From the NCBI RefSeq assembly GCF_041146345.1, contig NW_027191405.1:682001-746000 (forward strand): 64,000 nucleotides of DNA, given 5' to 3'. Shown piece by piece: positions 1 to 11,268 of the stretch. Position 1 is the first letter of the stretch. Each line of letters begins with the position of its first letter. The position numbers and the translations under genes were made by a program. The stretch is from Neodothiora populina (lineage: Eukaryota). The notes beneath the pieces are model-generated. The model searched no databases. It was given only the letters and a program-made list of their open reading frames with translations, and had not been told where the DNA came from.

Positions 1-342
1 CTTGCACGAGGCCTTGAACTCATTGCTTATTTGATATCTTTCGAGTGTTGACTTATTCGAAAACATCAATACGCGGCGAAAGCGGAGGCTTAGAGGTCCT
101 TAATGGGAGACGCGACTTTACGCGTGACGTGACAAATTGGCGACCGGGTCTAAGCTTCACTTGGTACTCAGGACTCAGGACAAACAGTTCTGTCGCATCA
201 AAACAGTCCATCGCAAAACCATAATCTGCTTCTCACAACTCGATAAGTCATACTTTTTTGTTACATAAACGACCGCATCAACAGATCGCCATATATCCTC
301 ATTCCCACGAAAGCTACTCAACCATTGCATATCTATAACAAG

Positions 343-741
343 ATGAGCGACGAGATCAAGAACACCGAGGCCTCTGCCGCCGAGCAACAAGAGGTTCAGA
401 GCAAGGGCAAGGGCAAGGCTCCTGCTACTGAGGATCTCAGCATGGATGAGGAGAGCTCATCAGAAGAGGAAGATCAGGTTGGTATTGTCTGAGACTTCAC
501 GAATCTTGAGATCTGAACTGATAGAATGATTTGGCAGGGCCGTCAAGATGAGCAGCCACTCGAAGAGGCTGATGAGGACAACATGGAGGAGATCGATGAG
601 AGCAACATCATTACCGGCGGTAGACGTACCCGTGGCAAGAACATTGACTTCGCCAAGGCTGCGCAAGAGCTCGGTGATGACGAGGAAGACGAGGACGACG
701 ATGGTGATTTCGAGGATCCTGATGACGAGATGAAGGAGTAA
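343..741 (+). CDS. CHZ1: Histone H2A.Z chaperone Chz1-like protein (2 coding exons: 343-477, 538-741)
   Basis: ATG at 343 (MSDEIKNTEASAAEQQEVQSKGKGKA...). A GTTGGT...CAG intron at 478-537 joins in frame to an acidic exon with the CHZ-type motif EEIDESNIITGGRRTRGKNIDFAKA. Confidence 0.85.
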
Positions 742-1463
742 TCATCCCCCGTTCACAGTAAGCTGCACAAGAATGGATTGAATGTGAAAATGGCGACAAG
801 AACTAACATGGCTTGCCAGATCGACTTCTTCGTTACATTCACAGAGTCTCAACTCGCGCAACAGCATTGGGCATCGCATGATGACGAGGCAAAAAGGCGT
901 CCTGGGGAATGATATTTAATTGGGGACATAGGAATATAGCAGGATGGACAAGGCCGTATAACGCTTACACGATATGCGAAAGCGATGAGGCACGGTTTCT
1001 AAGTCACGTCAAAAGTAAAGACAATCACTCTCAATGATCATCAACATTATCAAAATCCGGTAGAGCCAATGCACCTGCCATTTCGAAGAGGAATAGGTAG
1101 ACACGAGACGACATGAGAAAATGAAGAAGCATATACAGTACAGTGTGCCTGATGTTCGTGGAATGTGGACCGGCGACAGAGGCCATAAGTTAATTGAATT
1201 TCGTTGCTAAGGAACAGGTATATCAAACAACAAAAGAATTCAGCGTCACTACAGTAGTCATTGACGATTATAGAACTAGCAGCGGTCCTCGGTTCTCGGT
1301 TCGTATTCGAGGTCCTCGCTATGGACGTGGTGATCGTTTAATTAAAATTGTCGGCGCATTCCGATACCGGCCAAGGGCTTATTACCTATGATTATCATGT
1401 TGCCTGCCCGGGTCCAAAAAAACCCATTTCGAGTCATTAAACATTCACCGGGTAATCATCAAA

Positions 1464-1573
1464 AACTCATTGACTGTTCAGTATAATCTCATTGACTGTT
1501 TATTATAAATTCCTTGACTGTTCATTTAAAAATCATTGACTGTTTACTATGAACTCATTGACTGTTCATTATA
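1464..1573. repeat. AT-rich tandem repeat, 5 x 22 bp, invariant core TTGACTGTT
   Basis: Units start at 1464, 1486, 1508, 1530 and 1552 (consensus aactcattgactgttcattata). Degenerate related copies flank it to about 1430 and 1685. Confidence 0.9.
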
Positions 1574-3632
1574 AATTTATTACTCATTGCCCCTTCACAA
1601 GACTCTTCCCTGCCTGTCTGTCGGAATTTCAGTGACTTTTTATTGGAAACTCATCGACCATTCATTAGGAAGTCATTGACTCCGAGCTCCTGTGTACATT
1701 GTATTGGGTTATGTACAGGCAAGTTGCGGCAGGATTCAACATGCATCCATCACCGCATACAAGTACTTGATCAACGTCAACTAGGAAGGTAGGCCGGTGC
1801 TATGTGCACCTTAGGTAAATTTGTCAATCTTCCGAAAATTCCCGACCAAGAGCATATTTACTATCTTTCGACAATAATTGGTGACTTGCACGTGTCACTC
1901 GTGCGCTGATGATATTCGACTGATATGCGATTGATGTTCGACTGATCATCAGCAAGGGTGTGTATGAAGCCAATAGTCTGGCAACACAGAATCGTACCCT
2001 ATCGCGCACACACGGAAATCAACTTCAATGCTGAGGTTGTAGGCGTTCGGCGGATTATTCATGACAGCTTGACTGCCAACGAAGAATAAATTGCGCATAT
2101 AGTAGTCGTCCCGTACAAGTAAGTCTTGTCAATTCTTAGCACAGACGCGGCAATAATGTTGCGGCGAATGGATCATCTTGGAGGCACGAGCCCCACGTGT
2201 ACAAAGGAGGGGGTTGAGTGTGGAATAGGCTGGTAATCACTGCTTGAGTCTGGATATTTCGACGGTACGCCCGGCCGATAAGATGCTCTGGAGTGATAAG
2301 ACGGGGGAACAGTTTTCTGACATCTACCAATTACTCGATCTCAAAGCCAATGACCCAGCGCAGCCAATAGAGATTCAGCTAGGTCTGCTTAGTCCCGGTA
2401 AGATGGCCGGCAGCACAGACGTCCATGACCACGGGTGGTCAGCTTCTGAGCTGTGACTGGCTGCTTGGATCTATGGTCAAGCAAAGTTGTCTGGGGTAGC
2501 TCTTCGCTTTGTGGATGTGCTGCAGCGTGATGCAAATGCACCTGGGACAAAAAAATCCCGTATACTTGGGAATTTGTAGAATAAATTAAAATGGGAGCGC
2601 TTGCGCATGAGTTCGCACGAGGGGCTAGAGTATCTCAAGCGACAAGCGAGGGCTGCTGCCATGTCTTGCACACGCAAATTAGAGAGGTGTCCTGAGTGCA
2701 TAGGCACGTTGAGATATGGAGTGGCTCAAAAGAAATTATGGCAGCACCAGGTCCGAGTGAATTTCAAGGCTCGGTAGCACAAAGAAGCTCCATGGGGTGT
2801 GACATGCTACTTGATGCTGGATAGGACTATGACATATCTTAAGAGAGTGGCAAGTGCCATGACTACCTTAGACTGCGAGTACTTTGTAGGGATGGATAAT
2901 GACAGAATGCGCCGAGTTCGCAAGATGATAACCTGCGCTAATGGGGAGTGGGGTGTTCTGTTGGTTAGGTCGCTTCGGCTGGCGCGCCTCGTTCAATAAG
3001 AGACTCTGTCCTGCTTCATTTTCCGCGTCTCCCACCTCTTTTCTCCATACTGTATCTCTGCGCTCCCTGATCCCATATCGAGCGACTCCAGGATAATCAA
3101 GTGTAAGTTATTTCTCGGCTGCCCTCTCCCATACCGTGTGTGACTGCGACGCCCCCCACTCGTCGGACCTTATCGACGGCCATTTTCTGCTTTTGCCTCA
3201 CCCCGCAGGCCCAACAGAGCAACTTCATCATAGATTACAGCACTGGCGCGGAGATCCTGAGGAAAACGGCAAAGGAAGATCGCTGCTCTAGTATTTGCTT
3301 TACCTCTGCAGTCGTCTTTTTGGGGCTGCTTCCTCTTTCTGACAACTTCCTGTCCTATCATTCCCTATTCGGTCTACAATTCGCCTCATTCACGCCTCAT
3401 TCACCAATCAACTATCTCTCGTTCTCTATTCAGTCTACCGCTTGTCTCTCATTCGCTATTCAGTCTTCCTTCACTGATCTTTCACACTTTGATTAATTCA
3501 TCCATTGAAGAACACCGAGCTTATAACTACGCAATAGGCTTATTATCGCCATTGAGGCTACCTTCTGGACCTGAATTTCCAAAGTAATCGCCACCTCCCC
3601 AAGAAACAAACACTCGGCTCCAGGCCGGAAGA

Positions 3633-6600
3633 ATGGGTCGAGTGTCTTTCGCAGACGAAGTCGAACAGGTCAACATCATCGAAGAGAATGAGCCAGTAAA
3701 CATCTACACGTATGAAAATACGCCAGAGAACAAATCATGGGCTGGTGCACTTCCCATGAAGCAGGGTCTTTATGACCCAGAGCTTGAGAAGGATGCCTGT
3801 GGTGTCGGTTTTGCTGCGTAAGTGTGGCGTGGCGAAGAGGACCAACAAGGAGATGGCTGACCGAATTCTAGGCACATTAAGGGCAAGGCGAGCCACAAGA
3901 TTGTCAGCGATGCAAAGAGTCTCCTTTGCAACATGACGCACAGAGGTGCTGTCGGATCCGACGCACGCGATGGTGACGGAGCAGGTGTAATGACCTCGAT
4001 CCCTCACAAGTTTTTCGTCAAAGAGTTTGGAAAGATGCAAGGCTTTACGCTGCCAAAGCAAGGACAATACGCTGCAGGAAACTTGTTCTTCAAGCCCGAC
4101 ACTGAGGTGTTGAAAGAGACCCTCGACACTTTTGAGGAAATCGCCACAAGCCTCGACCTGCGAGTACTGGGATGGCGAGAGGTCCCTCGCGACTCCACTC
4201 TGCTGGGTCCTGCTGCTGCTTCAAGAGAGCCCATCATTCTCCAGCCCTTCGTTGTCCTGAGATCCGCTTTCGGCGAAGGCAAGGAGCCCAAGGAGTCATT
4301 CGATGAGGAATTTGACGAGCAGCACTTCGAGCGACAGCTGTATGTACTTCGCAAACGTGCAACCCACACCATTGGTCTGCACAACTGGTTCTACCTCTGC
4401 TCTCTGAGCAACAAGAACATCGTCTACAAGGGCCAGCTCTCTCCTGTCCAGGTTTACGATTACTACTTTGATCTGGTCAATGTCGACTACGAAGGTCACT
4501 TTGCTCTTGTACACTCGCGGTTCTCCACAAACACATTCCCGTCTTGGGACAGAGCCCAGCCCCTGCGATGGGCTGCTCACAACGGTGAGATCAACACTCT
4601 GCGTGGTAACAAGAACTGGATGCGCGCAAGAGAGGGCGTTCTCAAGTCAGACCTCTTCGGTGATGATCTCGAGTCACTCTACCCTATCATTGAGGATGGT
4701 GGTTCCGACTCTGCCGCCTTTGACAACGTGCTCGAACTTCTCACCATCAACGGTGTACTGTCTCTCCCCGAGGCTGTCATGCTGATGGTCCCCGAGGCCT
4801 GGCAGGGTAACCAGTCTATCGATCCTGCTAAGCAGGCCTTTTACGAGTGGGCAGCTTGTATGATGGAGCCATGGGACGGTCCAGCTCTTTTCACTTTTGC
4901 TGATGGCAGATACTGCGGTGCGAACCTAGATCGCAATGGTCTTAGACCTTGCAGATACTACATCACCGACGATGACCGTATTGTGTGCGCCTCGGAAGTT
5001 GGTACTATTGCCATTGAGCCCGAGCGTGTCGTGCAGAAGGGGCGTCTCCAGCCTGGTAGAATGCTCTTGGTCGACACAGTCGCTGGTCGCATTGTCGATG
5101 ACACTGAGCTCAAGGCTACCGTGTCTAAGCGCCAGAACTTCCAGTCATGGGTGGAGAACCAGGTCGTCACCCTTCCCGGCATTCACAGCCGCCTCGCCGA
5201 CAAGGGCACTCAGCTCGCCCTCACCTTGGGCGAGACGAAGATCCAGGAGGACCCTAGACTCAAGGCCTTCGGTTATTCTCTGGAGCAAGTCAGTCTGATT
5301 CTTGGGCCCATGGCAGCAGACTCCAAGGAAGCCCTTGGTTCCATGGGTAACGATGCTCCTTTGGCATGTCTCGCTCAGCAGCCTCGTCTCCTGTACGAGT
5401 ACTTCCGCCAGCTGTTCGCTCAGGTCACCAATCCTCCTATTGACCCTATCCGTGAAGCTGTTGTCATGTCCTTGGAGGCGTATGTCGGTCCTCAAGGCAA
5501 TCTTCTCGAGATGAGTCAGGACCAGTGCCATCGCCTGCTACTGCCTTCTCCCATACTCGGCATCGAAGAGTTCAACGCATTGATCAACGCTGCTAGCGTC
5601 TACCGCACTTGGTCGAACACCACTGTCGACATCACCTTCCCCAAGGCCGACGGTATTCAAGGCTACGTTGATGCATTGGACAGAATCTGCGACGCAGCAT
5701 CCGAGGCTATCCAGAACAATGACAAGATCCTCGTCCTCTCTGACCGTGCAGTTTCTGCTGACCGTGTGGCCGTATCCGCCTTACTCGCTACTGGTATGGT
5801 CCATCACCACTTGGTCCGCAACAAGTGGAGATCTCAGGTCGCTCTCGTCGTTGATACCGCCGAGGCTCGCGAGGTCCACCACATGTGTGTGCTCATCGGC
5901 TACGGTGCTGATGCTATTTGCCCATACCTGGCGATCGAGTGCATCATGAAGATGAACCGCGAGGGTCTCATCAGAAAGAAGCTCAGCCACGATCAACTCA
6001 TTGACAACTACAAGCATTCCGTCGATGGAGGTATCTTGAAGGTCATGAGTAAGATGGGCATTTCCACGCTCTCATCCTACAAGGGTGCTCAAATCTTCGA
6101 GGCCCTCGGTATCGACGACACCGTCGTCGACCGATGCTTCACAGGTACTGCTACTCGTATCAAGGGTATGACCTTCGAGCTTATCGCCCAGGATGCATTT
6201 GCTCTGCACGAGAAGGGTTACCCTTCGCGTAACATCATTGAGATCCCCGGTCTGACCGAGACCGGCGAGTACCATTGGCGTGACGGCGGTGAGCCTCACA
6301 TCAACGACCCGACTTCCATCGCCAACATCCAGGATGCCGTCCGCACCAAGAACGACAAGTCGTACGAGGCTTACTCCAGATCTGAGTACGAGCAAATCAA
6401 GAATTGTACCCTACGTGGTATGTTAGACTTTGATTTCGAGGACCGCAACCCAGTTCCCATCGATCAGGTCGAGCCATGGACCGAGATCGTGCGCAGATTT
6501 GTTACTGGCGCCATGTCATACGGCTCCATCTCCATGGAGTCTCACTCAACTCTCGCTGTCGCCATGAACAGACTTGGTGGAAAGTCCAACACTGGTGAGG

Positions 6601-9600
6601 GTGGTGAAGATCCCGAGCGCAGTCTGCGTATGGACAACGGAGACACCATGCGTTCTGCCATCAAGCAGATCGCCTCAGGACGTTTCGGTGTTACCAGCGC
6701 CTATCTCGCCGATGCAGATGAGCTACAGATCAAGATGGCTCAGGGAGCAAAACCTGGTGAGGGTGGTGAGCTGCCTGGCCACAAGGTCTCTGGCCCCATC
6801 GCCCGCACTCGTCACTCCACTCCTGGTGTTGGTCTCATTTCACCACCTCCTCATCACGACATCTACTCCATCGAAGATCTCAAGCAACTTATCTACGATC
6901 TCAAGTGCTCCAACCCACGCTCTCGCGTTTCTGTGAAGCTCGTGTCTGAGACTGGTGTCGGTATCGTTGCTTCAGGTGTCGCCAAAGCCAGAGCTGACCA
7001 TATTCTGATTTCGGGCCACGACGGTGGTACTGGTGCCTCTCGATGGACTGGTATCAAGTACGCCGGTCTCCCCTGGGAACTTGGTCTTGCTGAAACCCAT
7101 CAAACTCTGGTGCTCAACGACCTCCGTGGCCGCGTTATCGTCCAGACTGATGGCCAGCTTCGTACCGGAAGGGATGTAGCAATCGCCTGTCTTCTTGGTG
7201 CTGAAGAGTGGGGCTTTGCCACAACTCCTCTCATCGCCATGGGCTGTATCATGATGAGAAAATGTCATCTTAACACTTGCCCTGTGGGCATTGCAACTCA
7301 AGATCCGGAGCTCAGGAAAAAATTTAAGGGTACGCCCGAGCATGTGATAAACTTTTTCTATTATATTGCAAATGAGCTCCGAGCCATTATGGCTAAGCTT
7401 GGATTCCGCACCATCAACGAGATGGTTGGACACACCGAAGTCCTGCGAGTACGCGAGGACCTCCGCAATCCTAAGACCGAGAACATTGATTTGTCTCTGA
7501 TTTTGACTCCAGCCCACAGCTTGCGATCTGGTGTTGCGACTTATAATGTTCGCAAACAAGACCACAAGCTCCATGTGCGTCTTGACAACAAGCTCATCTC
7601 GGAATCCGAGCTGGCGCTGGAGAAGGGTCTACCCTGCAGGATCGAGTGCGATGTCGTGAACACCGATCGTGCGCTCGGTGCCACTCTTTCTTATCAAGTC
7701 AGCAAACGCTACGGCGAACAAGGTCTGCCAAACGATACCATTCATGCCAACATTCGTGGATCGGCTGGTCAGTCCTTTGGAGCTTTCCTCGCTCCTGGTA
7801 TCACCCTTGAGCTTGAGGGTGATTCCAACGACTACGTTGGTAAGGGTCTTTCTGGCGGTCGCCTTATCATTTACCCACCCCGTTCCGCCGTCTACAAGGC
7901 CGAGGAGAACGTCATTGTTGGAAACACTTGTCTTTACGGTGCTACCAATGGTCACGCGTTCTTCCGTGGTATGGGTGCTGAGCGATTCGCCGTAAGAAAC
8001 TCCGGCGCAATCGCTGTCGTTGAGGGAGTCGGTGACCATGGTTGTGAGTACATGACTGGTGGTCGTGTGGTCGTGCTGGGTCAGACCGGTAGGAACTTCG
8101 CCGCTGGTATGTCCGGTGGTATTGCCTACGTCCTTGACATGCAGCGCGATTTCGCTGGTAAGGTGAACCAGGAGATGGTTGAGCTCAGCTCTCTCGAAGA
8201 TCCTTCCGAGATTGCTTACCTCCGCGGTCTCATCGAGGACCACCACCATTACACTGGATCTGAGCTTGCTGCTCGCATCCTGCTCGACTTTTCCCGCGCC
8301 TTGCCTCGCTTCGTCAAGGTTCTTCCTACCGATTACAAGAGGGTTATGGAAGAAGAGGCAAAGAAGGCAGCCGAGGCCAAGAAGGCCATGTACCCTCTCC
8401 CCATGCTCCCTGGAAACCCAGTGCGCACTTTGCACGAAGATTCCACGAAGAAGCAACTGGAGCAAGAGAAGCGCGAGAAGAAGAAGGACGACCTTCTCGA
8501 TATCGAGGAGAGCGTTCAAGACGGCAAGGCTGAGAAGAAGCGGTCTGCCCTGGTCCTTGACAAGACCCGTGGTTTCATGAAGTACCAGCGTCGCTCAGAG
8601 AAGTACCGCAGCTCGAAGACTCGCACTCGTGACTGGCAGGAACTTTCTCAGCGTCTCAATGAGGACGAGCTGAAGTACCAGACAGCCCGATGCATGGACT
8701 GCGGTGTTCCTTTCTGCCAGTCTGATACCGGATGCCCCATCTCCAACATCATCCCTAAGTGGAACGAGCTTGTCTTCCAGAACCAATGGCAGGATGCTCT
8801 CAACAGGCTCCTTATGACCAACAACTTCCCAGAGTTCACTGGTCGTGTCTGCCCTGCTCCTTGCGAGGGTGCTTGCGTTCTTGGCATCAACGAAGACCCG
8901 GTTGGCATCAAGTCGATCGAGTGCGCCATCATTGACAGAGGTTTCGAGATGGGATGGATGGTCCCTAAGCCTCCTCAAACCCGCAGCGGAAAGACGGTTG
9001 CCATCATCGGCTCAGGCCCGGCAGGCCTTGCTTGTGCAGATCAGCTGAACAAGGCTGGTCATACCGTCACCGTCTACGAGCGTGCCGACCGTGTGGGTGG
9101 TCTCCTCATGTACGGTATTCCCAACATGAAGTTGGACAAGAACGTCGTCCAGCGTCGTGTTGACTTCATGGCATCCGAGGGCATCAACTTCGTCACTGGT
9201 GTACACGTCGGTGAAGGCGACATCACTCTCGAGTCGCTGAGGGCTGAGAATGACGCTGTTGTTCTTGCTACTGGTGCAACTGTTCCTCGTGACTTGCCCA
9301 TCACTGGCCGCAATCTCGAGGGCGTTCACTTCGCCATGCAGTTTTTGCACAAGAACACCAAGTCGCTGCTCGACTCCGGTCTTTCTGACGGCGAGTACAT
9401 CTCCGCCAAGGACAAGCACGTCGTCGTCATTGGTGGTGGTGATACCGGTAATGACTGCATTGGTACTTCTGTTCGTCACGGTGCCAAGTCTGTTGTGAAC
9501 TTCGAGCTCCTTCCACAGCCTCCGGTCGAGCGTGCGCGTGACAACCCATGGCCTCAGTGGCCTCGCATTTACCGCGTTGACTACGGTCACTCTGAGGTCA

Positions 9601-10109
9601 AGACTCACATGGGTAAGGACCCCAGAGAGTACTGCGTCATGTCCAAGGAGTTTGTGGACGATGGCAATGGCAACGTCAAGGGCATCAAGACTGTGCGCGT
9701 TGAGTGGACTAAGTCCGGTGCAGGCTGGAACATGCAGCAGGTTGATGGAAGTGAGGAGTTCTTCCCTGCAGATCTCGTTCTGTTGTCCATGGGATTCCTG
9801 GGCCCACAGCAGAAGGTGCTCGGCAGTGAGATGGAGCTTGACGCTCGCAAGAACGTCAAGACACCACCAGGCAAGTACAGCACAAACCTCGCTGGTGTTT
9901 TCGCCGCTGGTGATTGCCGTCGCGGCCAATCTCTGATTGTCTGGGGCATCAACGAGGGACGCATGTCCGCACGTGAGGTTGACGCCTACCTGACTGGAAC
10001 TGGATCTCAGCTGCCAGTGACTGGTGGTATTGTGAAGAGACCTCCTTATGAGCTCATGGGCAAGGCTACAGGCAACGGACCTCACGAACTGATCACCGCG
10101 GCTGCTTAA
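3633..10109 (+). CDS. GLT1: NADH-dependent glutamate synthase (fused alpha+beta GOGAT); exons 3633-3817 and 3872-10109
   Basis: Ntn-amidotransferase start DA|CGVGF and HSRFSTNT. FMN-domain motifs GGKSNTGEGGE and KMAQGAKPGEGGELPGHKV. [3Fe-4S] motif GCIMMRKCHLNTCPVG. Beta-subunit Fe-S motifs CMDCGVPFC and GRVCPAPCEGAC. FAD/NAD motifs GSGPAG and GGGDTG. Confidence 0.98.
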
Positions 10110-10597
10110 GTGAAGCTGGCTTCTCTCAGTTTATTGAATGAGAAGTGAAGAAAGTCTTTCTCACTGCAGCCGTCACGTAACTTCATGTCATCTTTCATTA
10201 TATACCCAATCACGCAGCGATACACGGACAATGACAGGCGCAGCAGACGAGTCCGGTGACGAGGAAGATCACAAACTCGAAAATCGAGAGGGAAGTGAAG
10301 AGACAGAGAAGAGAGAGGGAGCGATAGGCGAAGAAGAAGAGGTGAAAAAGAAGTGATAGACGAGTGAAAGACGTCAGAAAGAAGACGGCTACGATGATAC
10401 TCACTGTTGAAATGTTTTTCTGGTTCTTGTGTTATAAAATCCACTGCTTGTACTCTTTCGTGTTGATTTGAGTTGCGATTCAAGTTTTGCGTTTTCACTT
10501 TCGTTTTCTTATGACATTATTCTCACCCTTAGTTCAGTATATAAAGCTCTTCAAAACTCGACTTCGTCTCACTTGTTCTTCACTACCTACCGCTCGC

Positions 10598-10750
10598 CCT
10601 GGGGATGGAGAACTGCCATCTACTACATCGAAGATCTCAAGCAACTCGTCTACGATCTCAAAGTGCTCTAACCCACGCTTTCGCGTTTCTGTGAAGCTCG
10701 TGTCCGAAACTGGTGTCGGTATCGTTGCTTCAAGTGTGGCTAAAGCTAGA
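10598..10750 (+). pseudogene. Degenerate, frameshifted duplicated fragment of the GLT1 FMN domain
   Basis: 10617-10750 aligns to GLT1 6860-6992 (IYSIEDLKQL...VASGVAKAR) with about 11 substitutions and a 1-nt insertion (ctcaag>ctcaaag). It is preceded by a PGDGELP-like remnant of PGEGGELP. Confidence 0.85.
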
Positions 10751-11268
10751 ATCGGACCCCTCATCACCCCGGGGCACGCCTTGAAGGAAGCTGTTCGATC
10801 TCGATTGTCATATTTCTCAATACATTGTTCTGTGAAGCATGCCACACAGTCATATACGGAGTAGAGTGATAAATAATCTTCGAGATCACGAATGGGGTTG
10901 GGCGTGTGCCTGTCCGTTGTATGCGGTGTCTCTGGATGCAAGGAAATCGTAGTATGTCTGGGATATCTAGGACTGACGCAGGGATGGAGGAAAAGCCCCC
11001 ACTATATACTGGTGGTTGTGCCGGTGTTGTGTTGTAGAGTGGTGACTGACCTTCGTAGTCAACTCTCTTGGATAAACAGTAGTTGGGTGTGGAGATAAGG
11101 GGCGTATCTCCGCCAGTCGATAAACAGTGGATTAGGTATCATACAAACAATGGTATTTACTTGAATCCACACGTGCTGTATACAGTCTTTTCTGTATTGG
11201 GCATTGCAAGTTGACAGCAGGAAGAAGATATAATTGAACCAAGGGACTAGTATAGTCCAGACGCAAAA

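Noticed and set aside
1280..1320. T-arm-like hairpin CTCGG-TTCGTAT-TCGAG suggesting a tRNA
   Set aside because: No acceptor stem, D arm or anticodon arm could be formed.
1464..1573. CRISPR-like or plasmid-iteron reading of the 22-bp array
   Set aside because: The context is eukaryotic, the 'spacers' are short and similar to each other, and there is no cas or rep gene.
1400..1722. Possible TIR pair TTGCCTG / CAGGCAA around the array
   Set aside because: It is only 7 bp, does not extend, and no target-site duplication was found, so it is insufficient to call a mobile element.
6972..10085. Long antisense ORFs (200, 296 and 357 aa) opposite GLT1
   Set aside because: These are shadow ORFs expected from strong codon bias on the sense strand, with no recognisable domains.
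10231..10356. Short acidic ORF (MTGAADESGDEED...) right after GLT1
   Set aside because: It is a purine-rich low-complexity 3' region with no family motif or supporting gene structure.
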